A DNA stretch of 53,647 nucleotides from positions 1 to 53,647 of the IMG/VR virus record IMGVR_UViG_3300042905_002653; one strand, 5' to 3'. How positions within the stretch are numbered: the stretch's first letter is position 1; the number at the start of each line of letters is the position of its first letter. This document shows, in pieces, positions 8,716 through 17,166 of the stretch. The DNA is from a virus (taxonomy: Duplodnaviria > Caudoviricetes). Both the position numbers and the translations under genes were made by a program. Under the pieces are notes generated by a model. That model was not told the DNA's origin and searched no databases. It saw only the letters and a program-made list of their open reading frames with translations.

Positions 8716-9335
8716 CAGAAGGGCACTTCCTCTTCGCTCGGATCACCCCCAAGACCGAAAGGGTCCGGGTCGCCGCTCTCCTGCTCGGGCAGCGCGAAGC
8801 CTTCCTCAGCATCACCAAACGCCGCGGCATGGTTGGGCGGGGTGTACGGCTGATAAGTGATCACCCGCACCGCTTCAAGCTGCAGGCTGATGCCCTTGCC
8901 GCCTTCGGGGCTGTCCCAGGAGTAGTAGGTGAAAGCCACCTTCCCGGTGCTGCCGTTCCCGATCAGCATGTCCACGGGCCATGGCTGACCCTTGGCGTCC
9001 TGGACGATGGGCGGCGGCAAGGGCGTGCCTCGCTTGGTAGCCACGTTGCGGCTGAAACTGAACTTCCACAGATCGGTCTCGTCGCCCTTCTCATCGAGGT
9101 ATGTCTTGACCGGCATGCCGTTCTGGCCGGGTCGGGCCGCAGCGCCGTGCTCGGCGACGAACAGCTGCTTCAGCTTCTTCACGAAGGCCTGGGCCTCGGC
9201 GTCCCCCTTGGGCATCAGCAGCTCGATGCTGTAGGCCTCCTTCTCCGATGCCTTCCCGGCGTTCTGGATACCGGGGGTCAGGATCTTCGCCCACATCAGG
9301 TCGCCCAGTGGGGTGACCATGGTCTCTCGCGCCAT
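8715..9335 (-). CDS. ssb: T7 gp2.5-type single-stranded DNA-binding protein
   Basis: TPLG..WAKI, IGNGSTGKV, GISLQLEAVRVI, acidic tail ending VPF; follows RNAP. Confidence 0.85.
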   Translation of the reverse strand: MARETMVTPLGDLMWAKILTPGIQNAGKASEKEAYSIELLMPKGDAEAQAFVKKLKQLFVAEHGAAARPGQNGMPVKTYLDEKGDETDLWKFSFSRNVATKRGTPLPPPIVQDAKGQPWPVDMLIGNGSTGKVAFTYYSWDSPEGGKGISLQLEAVRVITYQPYTPPNHAAAFGDAEEGFALPEQESGDPDPFGLGGDPSEEEVPF

Positions 9336-9341
9336 GTTGTG

Positions 9342-9355
9342 CTGCATCCATGCAG
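9342..9355. promoter_or_regulatory. CTGCA-N4-TGCAG palindrome before ssb
   Basis: CTGCATCCATGCAG. Confidence 0.7.
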
Positions 9356-9400
9356 AGTTGCAGCAGCACTCTGCCTCCTAGGGGCTTCACCGTCAAGCAC

Positions 9401-11803
9401 CTAGGAGAACAGGTAGGGGTTTTGGCCGATCCGCCCTTCATCCAGGGTGCCCACAATCGGCGGCCTCGGAATCCTTAAACCCTTTGCAGCGCCTTTGATC
9501 TCGGCTGTGATCTCAGCCAGCCAGTCCGGCCGGTACAGCTCGGAGATCCGGTAGCTGAGCGTCGTGCTCAGCCACTCCGCATCGCAGGGCGCAACGGCAA
9601 AACAGTCATGGTTTGGCAGCATCGTGACACCTTGTGCTGCACCCTCGTTGACCATTGCCCACACCAGCGCCGCATCGAAGCTGTGGATCAGGTTGGCCGT
9701 GATCCCCCTTGTGGTCTCCCGGCCGCTGAGCTCACCCGGCACGGGGTCATCGAGCACGGTCTGCCACCGCCGGCTGCCATGCAGCAGCGTCCTCACCTTG
9801 CTGGTGCCGCTCAGCTCCTTGCCCAGCTGGATGGGCAGCCCCATGGGTGACGTCCACCGCAGCGGGGCGTTCGCCTTCATGCACTGGCGGCACGCATCCT
9901 TCAGCCACTTCTGCAGGGCCACCGCGCCACCCAGCCGGGCGCCCACGGCCAGGCCGAACTTCCGCGCCAGGTAGCGGCAGGGAATCAGCCGCTGCTCCTC
10001 CAGCTTGTCCAGCCCCACCATCCCCTCGGCCTCGTCCAACTGGGCCACCAGCTGCTCGGTCAGCCCCAGCAGCTGGGCGCCGTAGACGGTGGACATGACG
10101 GGCAGCTTGGCCATGGCCCTGCTGATGCCACGCTCCAGCCACTCCCGCGCCAGGCGCTGCTCCCGGTAGCTGCCGGCCTCCAGGTCGCTGCGCAGCAGCA
10201 GCGTCACCTCGGCGGCCACCTCCTCGTAGAGATCGTGGCGGGTGGTGCCGATCAGGTTGCACGCCCGGGCAATGGCCTGGTCGCGCACCAGGGCGGCCAT
10301 GATCCCCGGCCCGCTGGTGGTCTGGTCCAGCCGCACCAGCTGCCGGATCGGCCGGGACGGATCCTCCAGCCATAGCTGCATGGCCCGGCAACACTGCAGG
10401 AACTGCCAGGGCTCCTTGGCATCGCGCCACAGGTGGGCCCGCTCTACCGGATCCTCGGCCGCGGCCAGCATCCTCTCCAGTTGATCCCGGCCCCACTGCA
10501 GCCGGTCCACCCAGCTGCCCTTGATCCCCCAGTGGATCGCGGCTGCCTTGAAGATCCAGTCGGCGGCGCGGTCGTCGCAGGGCCGGGCATTGGCCACCAG
10601 CACCTGGGCCTTCTCCCAGTCCGGCCCCTGGTGGGTGGTGGCCCGGTTGGCGGTGTAGACCCTGCCCCGCATGTCCATGCAGTAGCTGAACCAGATCGAC
10701 TGGCCGGCCAGCTGCTCGGCCTGGCGGATTGATGTCTCGATGGTGTTGCGGATGCGGGCGTTGATCCGGCGGTCGTTGTGGCAGGCGTCCAGCTCCCGGT
10801 GGCGCTGGGCCATCGCCTCACGACCCACCAGCTCATGGGGCATGGGCGGCAGCTCAGGCGGCCGGCTGCTCACCGGGAACAGGCCCCGGATCGAGGCATC
10901 CCAGGCGATCCGCTGGTGCTCCACCATCCAGGGGTCGATCTCCAGCTGCTGCGCCTGCAGGGTGTTCACCACCCGCAGGGCAGGGGCCAGCGCCTCGGCG
11001 GTGAGGTAGTCGAGGGGGTGGCCCTGCCGTGAGCGCACCAGCCGCTGAGTGTTGCCCAGGTGGCCGCCGCCGGTCATCCCCGCCCATGGCCTGGGCTGGG
11101 TGAGCATCGGCAGCTTGCGGGCTGGCCTGGGCCGCGGCGGATTGGCGGCGATGACATCGGCCACCGCTGCAGCGGGCGCCAGCTGCAGGCCGCGGCAGCT
11201 CACCGACTTGAAGGTGCGCAGCAGCTGGGTCTCGGTGATGATCAGCTCGAGCAGGAAAGCACCCACCTGGAAGCGCTCCTCGCGGGTCCAGGGGGCGGCC
11301 GTGATCCCCAGCGCCTTGAGGTTCTCGGTTGATGCCAGGGCCTTGCCGTGCCGGCGGCGGCCGATGCGCAGCAGGTCCTGGCCCCTGTCCTCAACCGGCA
11401 GCGTTCTGATCTCGGTCTCGATCGCCTTGCCGATGGCGTTGGCCATCGAGCGATGCGACCCGGGCCGGCTGATCCGGTCCAGCACCACGGTGAGCGCCAC
11501 GGCAGCGATCGAGCGGGGCCCCTTCTCGCCCATGTGGAACAGCAGCCACATGCCGGCGTGATACGGGCCGGCCACCACCTGGCGGGTGATGGCCAGGCCG
11601 ATGGTGTGCTCCAGCGCCAGGGCCACACGCTCGCCGTGGGCGCGGAGCAGGACGCTGCCGTACTCGGTGACGCTCTCGCGCTCCTGCCGCCGGAGCCTGG
11701 CCCGGTCGATCGCGGCGCGGTTGGCAGCGGCCTCCTCGGCCCGCTGTTCCAGATGCCGCTGCCGCTGCTCGGGGGCGGTGGATGAACTGCCGGATGCAGA
11801 CAA
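9401..11803 (-). CDS. T7-like single-subunit RNA polymerase
   Basis: DMRGRVY, motif A LDQTTSG, motif B RAMAKLPVMSTVYG, ANLIHSFDA, motif C HDCF, C-terminus YLFS; catalytic residues present. Confidence 0.95.
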   Translation of the reverse strand: MSASGSSSTAPEQRQRHLEQRAEEAAANRAAIDRARLRRQERESVTEYGSVLLRAHGERVALALEHTIGLAITRQVVAGPYHAGMWLLFHMGEKGPRSIAAVALTVVLDRISRPGSHRSMANAIGKAIETEIRTLPVEDRGQDLLRIGRRRHGKALASTENLKALGITAAPWTREERFQVGAFLLELIITETQLLRTFKSVSCRGLQLAPAAAVADVIAANPPRPRPARKLPMLTQPRPWAGMTGGGHLGNTQRLVRSRQGHPLDYLTAEALAPALRVVNTLQAQQLEIDPWMVEHQRIAWDASIRGLFPVSSRPPELPPMPHELVGREAMAQRHRELDACHNDRRINARIRNTIETSIRQAEQLAGQSIWFSYCMDMRGRVYTANRATTHQGPDWEKAQVLVANARPCDDRAADWIFKAAAIHWGIKGSWVDRLQWGRDQLERMLAAAEDPVERAHLWRDAKEPWQFLQCCRAMQLWLEDPSRPIRQLVRLDQTTSGPGIMAALVRDQAIARACNLIGTTRHDLYEEVAAEVTLLLRSDLEAGSYREQRLAREWLERGISRAMAKLPVMSTVYGAQLLGLTEQLVAQLDEAEGMVGLDKLEEQRLIPCRYLARKFGLAVGARLGGAVALQKWLKDACRQCMKANAPLRWTSPMGLPIQLGKELSGTSKVRTLLHGSRRWQTVLDDPVPGELSGRETTRGITANLIHSFDAALVWAMVNEGAAQGVTMLPNHDCFAVAPCDAEWLSTTLSYRISELYRPDWLAEITAEIKGAAKGLRIPRPPIVGTLDEGRIGQNPYLFS

Positions 11804-11892
11804 GGTGCGGCATCGGTAGCGGGATGCACTTATTACACCCCACCCCCGCAGAGTTGATCAGTGGGCCCCGTACTGCAGTTTCGGCGGGACAT

Positions 11893-11906
11893 CTGCAGGG
11901 ATGCAG
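11893..11906. promoter_or_regulatory. Palindrome between attP and RNAP
   Basis: CTGCAGGGATGCAG. Confidence 0.7.
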
Positions 11907-11920
11907 AACTGCAAAACGGT

Positions 11921-11958
11921 TTATGAGTCCGCTGCTTTCACCAGATAGCTAGACCCCC
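11921..11958 (-). tRNA. 5' half of a CAT-anticodon tRNA (Ile2 or Met); putative attP core, not a full tRNA
   Basis: GGGGGTC-TA-GCTATCTGGTGAAAGC-A-GCGGA-CTCATAA (acceptor strand, D arm, anticodon stem strand, loop), then similarity breaks; lies just downstream of the integrase. Confidence 0.8.
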
Positions 11959-12076
11959 GGGCAGTTGTGGCCTGGGTTTTGGGGTTTTTGGGTGGATGCG
12001 GAGGATGCCGATTTCGGCACCGATCCGCATCCATTTCGGCAGCCACTCTACGGCTGGTGGATACATCCGATTGAGT

Positions 12077-13063
12077 TCAGGCCTCCAGCGCTGCCACGCA
12101 GCTGGCCAGGGCCTCGGTGTGAAGGTGGAGATAGCGCTGCACGCTCTGGAGCGAGGTCCACCCGCCGAAGGTCATCAGCTGATGCAGCGGGATCCCACGG
12201 CTGGCCAGCTTGCTGGCGCAGGTGTGGCGGGTGCAGTGGATGGTCAGCGCCTCGTCGTTGATGCCCAGCTGCTCCTTGGCCTTGCTGAACAGCCAGCGAA
12301 ACTCGCTGTAGCGGTAGGGCCAGACCCGATGGCCCGGGACGGCCGGCAGATGGGGCAGCAGGGCATCCATGGCCCGGCGGGTGAGCGGGATCGAGCGGGC
12401 CCGGTTGGCCTTGGTCTCCCAGAAGGTGACGCGGGCCCGCTCGATGTCCACGTCCTGGCGCTTGAGCTTCTCGATCTCCCCCCAGCGGGCGCAGCTCTCC
12501 AGCAGGAACACGAACAGATCGGCCGCGGCGGGCTGGCCCATGGCCCGGAACGCATCGCAAAAGCCGGTGATCTCCTGCTCGGTGAAGGTGCGGTCCTTGG
12601 TGTTGCGGTTGGTCAGCTGCCGGGGCATGGCCGGGATGGCGCCCAGGTGGCCGTGGAGCACGGCATCGCTGAACATGGCCCGCAGGCAGCTGGTCTTGGC
12701 GTTGACGGTGCCGGGGCGGTTGCCGCGCTGGAGCAGCAGCTGGCGCCACTCGTTCACCATCGGGGCGGTGATGCTGCCCAGCTGGGTGAGCGGGCCAAAG
12801 TGATCCACGGCGGCCTGGGAATAGATCGAGGCGGTGCGCTCGAAGGCCTTGCCGGCCCAGCGGATGCGCAGGGAGAGGTCGCGGGCGTCCTTGATGGTGA
12901 TGCCGTCGGGCTCGCCGACCTGGCGGGCCACCAGCAGCTCCAGCATCTGGCGCTTGGCTTCGAGGGCCTCGGCTTTGGTCTTGCGCTTGGCGGTGCGGCG
13001 GGTGCCGCCCACGGTGACATCGGCGATCCAGCCATCGGCTGTCCGCCGGACTGATCCGGCCAT
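12077..13063 (-). CDS. int: Tyrosine integrase
   Basis: CARWGE (R), TKAN (K), HCTRH, GW, RYLH (Y). Confidence 0.95.
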   Translation of the reverse strand: MAGSVRRTADGWIADVTVGGTRRTAKRKTKAEALEAKRQMLELLVARQVGEPDGITIKDARDLSLRIRWAGKAFERTASIYSQAAVDHFGPLTQLGSITAPMVNEWRQLLLQRGNRPGTVNAKTSCLRAMFSDAVLHGHLGAIPAMPRQLTNRNTKDRTFTEQEITGFCDAFRAMGQPAAADLFVFLLESCARWGEIEKLKRQDVDIERARVTFWETKANRARSIPLTRRAMDALLPHLPAVPGHRVWPYRYSEFRWLFSKAKEQLGINDEALTIHCTRHTCASKLASRGIPLHQLMTFGGWTSLQSVQRYLHLHTEALASCVAALEA

Positions 13064-13093
13064 GGTGGTTCTCGGTGGTGGTGGTGGTGGTGT

Positions 13094-13411
13094 TCAGATG
13101 CGCTGCAGTTGCTGCAGCAGGGTGCGGCCCTTGCTGGAGAGCCGAACCAGGAAGCGCCGGCCCTCGTCCGGGTCGCGCTCCACGGTGAGCAGCCGGTAGC
13201 CGCGGTCGCCGTGGCGGTTGCGATCGGACAGGGCCGACACGCTGCGGGAGACGCTGGAGTTGGTGAGGTTTAGGGCCTCCTCCAGGTGCTCGAAGGTGCA
13301 GTGCTCGGTCGCGGCGACCTCTAAGAACAGTCGCGCTTGATGGAGCGGGAACCTAGTAGGGTCCTGCGCTGCAAACACAGCCAGGGCTTGGGAAAGCGAA
13401 GCCAAATCCAT
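13094..13411 (-). CDS. MarR-like winged-helix regulator
   Basis: LEEALNLTNSSVSRSVSAL...DPDEGRRFLVRLSSKG; upstream of int, as in cyanopodoviruses. Confidence 0.85.
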   Translation of the reverse strand: MDLASLSQALAVFAAQDPTRFPLHQARLFLEVAATEHCTFEHLEEALNLTNSSVSRSVSALSDRNRHGDRGYRLLTVERDPDEGRRFLVRLSSKGRTLLQQLQRI

Positions 13412-13441
13412 GGGCCCATGTGGCAACGGTTACTAGGAGTC

Positions 13442-13455
13442 TGGCACCGATGCAG
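13442..13455. promoter_or_regulatory. Palindrome variant before the MarR-like gene
   Basis: TGGCACCGATGCAG (2 mismatches). Confidence 0.45.
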
Positions 13456-13547
13456 AGCAAGGCGGCGCCGGCCGCCGTGCTCCTCGACCCACAGGTTCAG
13501 CTCCCGCCAGCCGGTAGGGAACGGCAGGGCGATCGACGCGATCAGGG

Positions 13548-13889
13548 CTATCCGCATAGGGCTGATGGTGCAAACGTACTATCTATCAAATCACGGCCGT
13601 TCTGGGTTAGAGCCAGTCGGAACCCTGATTTATGGGGGTGTCTGGTCCGCCCGATCAGCCTCAGGTTGCTGCGTCGGGCGTTGATCCCGGTGGTGCCGCG
13701 GCCGCAGAGGATGAGCACCAGCCGCTCGGCCTGGCTGATGCTCATCCCCATCTGGCGTTGCAGTTCGGGCGCGCTGTCTGCGCCGGATGCGATGCGCAAG
13801 AGCGCCTCAACCGCAGCAGCGCTCAGGTACGGCTGGGCCGCCCGGATCCCGCGGATCATGGCGGCCACATCTGCAGGGGTGGCGCTCAC
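13548..13889 (-). CDS. Second winged-helix DNA-binding protein
   Basis: ELQRQMGMSISQAERLVLIL...FRLALTQNGRDL; GTGA overlap with the upstream ORF. Confidence 0.65.
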   Translation of the reverse strand: MSATPADVAAMIRGIRAAQPYLSAAAVEALLRIASGADSAPELQRQMGMSISQAERLVLILCGRGTTGINARRSNLRLIGRTRHPHKSGFRLALTQNGRDLIDSTFAPSALCG

Positions 13890-14035
13890 AGCTTCGGCCT
13901 CCTGATGACCAGCCACACGCAGCCGACGGCCAGGGCCACCAGCCAGAAGAACTGGAACAGTGGCCAGAGGGTCAGCACCAGGGCGATCAGCGCCGGCACC
14001 CCCAGCGGCCGCAGCAAGCGGGCCAGGCGTCTCAT
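13886..14035 (-). CDS. Small membrane protein
   Basis: Manual translation MRRLARLLRPLGVPALIALVLTLWPLFQFFWLVALAVGCVWLVIRRPKL. Confidence 0.55.
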   Translation of the reverse strand: MRRLARLLRPLGVPALIALVLTLWPLFQFFWLVALAVGCVWLVIRRPKL

Positions 14036-14217
14036 CGGATCGCCTCCACTTTCTGCAGGGCGGCCGCGGCCACCTCCAGCTGGATCTCGGTGTCGGCCCA
14101 GCTGTCGTCCCCAGGCGGCAGGGCCTGAACCTGGGCGGCCAGCAGATCGGTGAGCAGTTGCACCCTGGGGCGCAGCAGCTGGGCCAGCAGGGCGGCCTCG
14201 ATCGGTGTGATGCTCAT
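14032..14217 (-). CDS. Early hypothetical protein
   Basis: ATGA-coupled chain. Confidence 0.6.
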   Translation of the reverse strand: MSITPIEAALLAQLLRPRVQLLTDLLAAQVQALPPGDDSWADTEIQLEVAAAALQKVEAIR

Positions 14218-14489
14218 GCGATTGCCTCCAGAACGCGGGCGGGTTTGGTGGTGGTGCGCTTGCGGGTGCGCGGTGATCTCTTGGGTGTGGGCGCGGGCGC
14301 CGGCTCGGGTGCTGGTGCTGGTGTTCGTGTTGGTGCTGGTGTGATGGTCACGGCGGGCCGGGCCGGCCGCCAGCCCGCCAGCAGCAGGGCCAGGGCCAGC
14401 CCGTGGGCCAGCAGGGTGCGCAGGGCCAGGGCCACAGCCCAGCAGCCCAGCAGGGCCAGTTCCGCGGTCGCTGGTGGTGTGTTGTTCAT
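14214..14489 (-). CDS. Early membrane protein with Pro/basic tail
   Basis: Hydrophobic N-terminus, PAP linker, RTRKR tail. Confidence 0.6.
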   Translation of the reverse strand: MNNTPPATAELALLGCWAVALALRTLLAHGLALALLLAGWRPARPAVTITPAPTRTPAPAPEPAPAPTPKRSPRTRKRTTTKPARVLEAIA

Positions 14490-14497
14490 GGTGGTGA

Positions 14498-14656
14498 TCA
14501 GAAGGGGTCGTTTTCCATCGAGTCGTAGAGCGCTTCGCGCGCCATTGCTTCGCGGATTTGCTCCCGCTCGATCTGCAGTGCTTCGGCTTCGGTGTAGCCG
14601 TGTGTCATCCAGTAACCGGCGATCGTTTCATCCCCGGCTGTGACTTTGCGGGCCAT
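14498..14656 (-). CDS. Early hypothetical protein
   Basis: MARKVTAGDETIAGYW...; preceded by an ACC-rich leader. Confidence 0.55.
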   Translation of the reverse strand: MARKVTAGDETIAGYWMTHGYTEAEALQIEREQIREAMAREALYDSMENDPF

Positions 14657-14744
14657 GGTGTTCTCGTTGGTGGTGATGGTGGTGGTGTGCTGGCGTGAGA
14701 CCAGCAGGGAGCGGACGGATCCGCTCCGGGCTGGTGTCGGGTGA

Positions 14745-14948
14745 TCAGGCCTCCTCGACGGTGAAACCGCGCTGCCTGAACCATTCGGGCTCAGTCCCAA
14801 ACAGTTGAGCCGGGATCTTCTGCGATGCGATCGCGTGACAGTGCAGCCGGATCCGTTCGCACTCAAACCGCGGACAGGGATCGTCAGGGAGCCGGGTAAA
14901 GGTCCGGCCCTCAGCCTTGAACGTGTCGCCGACCTTGATGCGTCGCAT
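14745..14948 (-). CDS. Early hypothetical protein
   Basis: Directly follows ardC. Confidence 0.55.
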   Translation of the reverse strand: MRRIKVGDTFKAEGRTFTRLPDDPCPRFECERIRLHCHAIASQKIPAQLFGTEPEWFRQRGFTVEEA

Positions 14949-14951
14949 GGC

Positions 14952-15890
14952 TCAGGCCTCCTCGGCTGGTGCCTCGGGCGCGATCAGGTCGGCCGCCTTC
15001 TTGGCTGCCCCCAGGGCCTTGAGCAGGGCCCGCGGGTCCTCCTTCAGCACCTGAATCCAGCTGTTCAGATAGCCGGCGTGGTGCTGCAGTTCAGAGCCGA
15101 TCTGCAGCCGGCGGCAGAGGATGGCGCTGCCCATCTCGGCCACCAGCTCCTCGCGTGCGTAGCTCGGGCTGCCGAACTGGCCGGACAAGTTGCGGGCAAG
15201 GCGGCTTTTGTGGCCGGTGCTGTGGATCGCTTCATGGGCCCACACCGCGGCGAAGTTCTCGCGGGTGTCAAAGGCTCGCGGCTCTGGCAGGGAGATCCGA
15301 TCCAAGCTCACGCTGTAGCAAGCGAGGGCGCCGCCGGTCTGGGCCTTGACCTCCCAGGCGGCCAGCACGTCCTCGGCATGGGCCAGGCGCTCGAGCTCGG
15401 GCCGGTTCTCGATGTTGCCGGTGGCCTCGTCGATGCGGCGGGCCAGGGCCCGGCCGGCGTCCTCGTCAACGCCCACCAGGTCGGCGGCATTGAACACGGG
15501 GACCAGCTTGTAGACGGTGAAGCTCCGGGCCTTGCTGCTGATTTCGCCGGGCTGGGCGTTGTCGTCCTCGATGGTGACGGGCCGTGGCTGGGCGATGCGG
15601 GCGGCCTTGCTGCCCTTGGCCGGGTGCCAGCCGTTGGCCTTGGCCTGGCCCGCTCCCATCCACAACGGCAGGGTGTTACCCCGGCTGAGGTTGCCCACCT
15701 CCAGCAGCAGGGGATTGCCCCCGCGGTACTGGTGGCCGGTGAGCAGGTTTCGGTGGGCGCAATCACCCACCCATGGACGCTGCCACGGGTTAAGGCCCTG
15801 CTCCATGAGGGCGATCAGATCGGCGGCCAGCTTTTCCTCAGGGGTGGGCCCGTCGTAGGTCCTGCGCTTGCGCGCTGCGGTCTTGGTCAT
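14952..15890 (-). CDS. ardC: ArdC-like antirestriction protein (ssDNA-binding domain plus zincin-like metallopeptidase)
   Basis: PWQRPW, NLLTGHQYRGGNPLLL, VFNA, AHEAIHSTGH, YAREELVAEMGSA. Confidence 0.9.
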   Translation of the reverse strand: MTKTAARKRRTYDGPTPEEKLAADLIALMEQGLNPWQRPWVGDCAHRNLLTGHQYRGGNPLLLEVGNLSRGNTLPLWMGAGQAKANGWHPAKGSKAARIAQPRPVTIEDDNAQPGEISSKARSFTVYKLVPVFNAADLVGVDEDAGRALARRIDEATGNIENRPELERLAHAEDVLAAWEVKAQTGGALACYSVSLDRISLPEPRAFDTRENFAAVWAHEAIHSTGHKSRLARNLSGQFGSPSYAREELVAEMGSAILCRRLQIGSELQHHAGYLNSWIQVLKEDPRALLKALGAAKKAADLIAPEAPAEEA

Positions 15891-16115
15891 TGGTGGTGGT
15901 GGTGGTGGTGGTGGTGGTGTGCTGCTGAGGGCAGCAGGGAACCGCCGTAGCGGCTCCGGGCTGTCGTCAGTGGCTGGCTTTGCCGTAAGGCTTCCGGCCG
16001 CTGAGCTTTTGGCGTCGGTCGTGGTCGCGTGCTTCCGCGGCCGTCACCAGTGGCACCCGGTCCCAAACGGTCCCGGTGTTGGCTGCTGTCATCGGTGCGC
16101 CCCCTTAGCGGTGTC

Positions 16116-16129
16116 CTGCATGGCTGCAG
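16116..16129. promoter_or_regulatory. Palindrome in the early leader region
   Basis: CTGCATGGCTGCAG. Confidence 0.55.
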
Positions 16130-16439
16130 TGGGCGGCAGGGCGGGCACCGGCGGCACCAAGGCCGCGGCGATCATCCCGGCCGCTCCCAGGGCCGCGCAG
16201 GCCAGGCTGAAGGCGGGCGAGCTCCTAGTAGGCCGGCCGGCGCCAGTGGTGCGGCGTTGCAGCCGACGCGGCGCTGTGCGCCGTTTCGGATGCCCTGCCC
16301 CAGCCACAGCGCGCCAGGCCGGCTCGCGTGTGTAGGTCATCAGTTGTCCAGGTTCGGTGGTGGTGGTCTGCGTTGCTGCAGACCTTGCCAGTATGTAGGC
16401 AAACCGCATGGGTGCGGATTGGTTGGATGCTGGCGATCG

Positions 16440-16492
16440 TGTACTTGTAACAATTCGTTACCTGAGAATAGGAATGGGAACCATTCTCAAAA
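16440..16492 (-). promoter_or_regulatory. Candidate host-RNAP early promoter with Fur-box-like hexamer array
   Basis: AT-rich island upstream of the early genes; minus strand TTGAGA...TATTCT (spacing imperfect); plus strand GAGAAT-AGGAAT-GGGAAC-C-ATTCTC; GTAAC-N5-GTTAC at 16447-16461. Confidence 0.5.
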
Positions 16493-16516
16493 AAAAGGCA
16501 GGGCCGCAGCCCCACC
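16489..16516 (-). terminator. Intrinsic terminator
   Basis: GGTGGGGC-TGCG-GCCCTGCC followed by T8. Confidence 0.65.
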
Positions 16517-16596
16517 AGCTCAACTCAGCGGATCCCCTATCCGTTGAAGGGCCAGGCGCCGCAGGCGATCGGGCAAGGGTGGGTGCTTGCTGGCCA

Positions 16597-16666
16597 GCAC
16601 CGGCGCCAGCAGGGCAGGCCCAGGCCCGCACCGGCGCCAGCAGGGCAGGCCCAGGCCCGCACCGGC
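16597..16666. repeat. 31-bp tandem repeat (2 copies plus partial)
   Basis: GCACCGGCGCCAGCAGGGCAGGCCCAGGCCC at 16597 and 16628. Confidence 0.85.
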
Positions 16667-17001
16667 CGGCCCAGGGCGGCCGCAGGCCCCCGGCAGGGGG
16701 GAACCGGCTGCTCCACGCGCAGGGGACCCCACCAGATCACGCGACCCAAAATCGACCTTCAGCGACGGGGCAGGTCAGCAGCGGGGGCGAGGGGCGGGTG
16801 AGAGTTCTGCGTGGATGCAGCTGGTGCGCCCTGCGGGCCAACCCGGCGGAAGCTGGGCGGCGGGGTGTGTGGTGTGGCGGGGCTGGTGGGTGTGGAGCCC
16901 GGCTGTAGGCGGGTTGGGGCTGTTGCGGCTGTGGGTGGGTCGTCTTGTTGTCCCTACTGGTTTTTCTCCCTCCAGTAGAGAGATCAGAGATCACGCAAAG
17001 T

Positions 17002-17015
17002 TTGCAGTGGTGCAG
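17002..17015. promoter_or_regulatory. Palindrome variant before the RepL-like gene
   Basis: TTGCAGTGGTGCAG. Confidence 0.6.
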
Positions 17016-17166
17016 AGGGCCCTGGTGGGGCTACATTGCAGTCATGTGAAATCTGCAGGTAGCAAACCCCTTGCCCTCACTGGGTCGGATCCAGCGAGAG
17101 CAACTTCCTAGGAGGCCTTGCCTACTAGGTTTGGGGCGCCTGCGGGACCTGTGAAACCGCGAGCAC

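Larger units (their letters stand above)
11792..12070. repeat. GGATGC(A/G/C) short repeats around attP (candidate integrase arm-type sites)
   Basis: Copies near 11792, 11822, 11899, 11995, 12003; inverted near 12027; GGATACATCC near 12059. Confidence 0.45.

Noticed and set aside
11885-11958. Complete functional tRNA gene
   Set aside because: The 3' half lacks a canonical 7-nt T-loop, proper acceptor pairing and CCA.
16447-16461. NtcA site
   Set aside because: Spacing is GTA-N9-TAC rather than N8.
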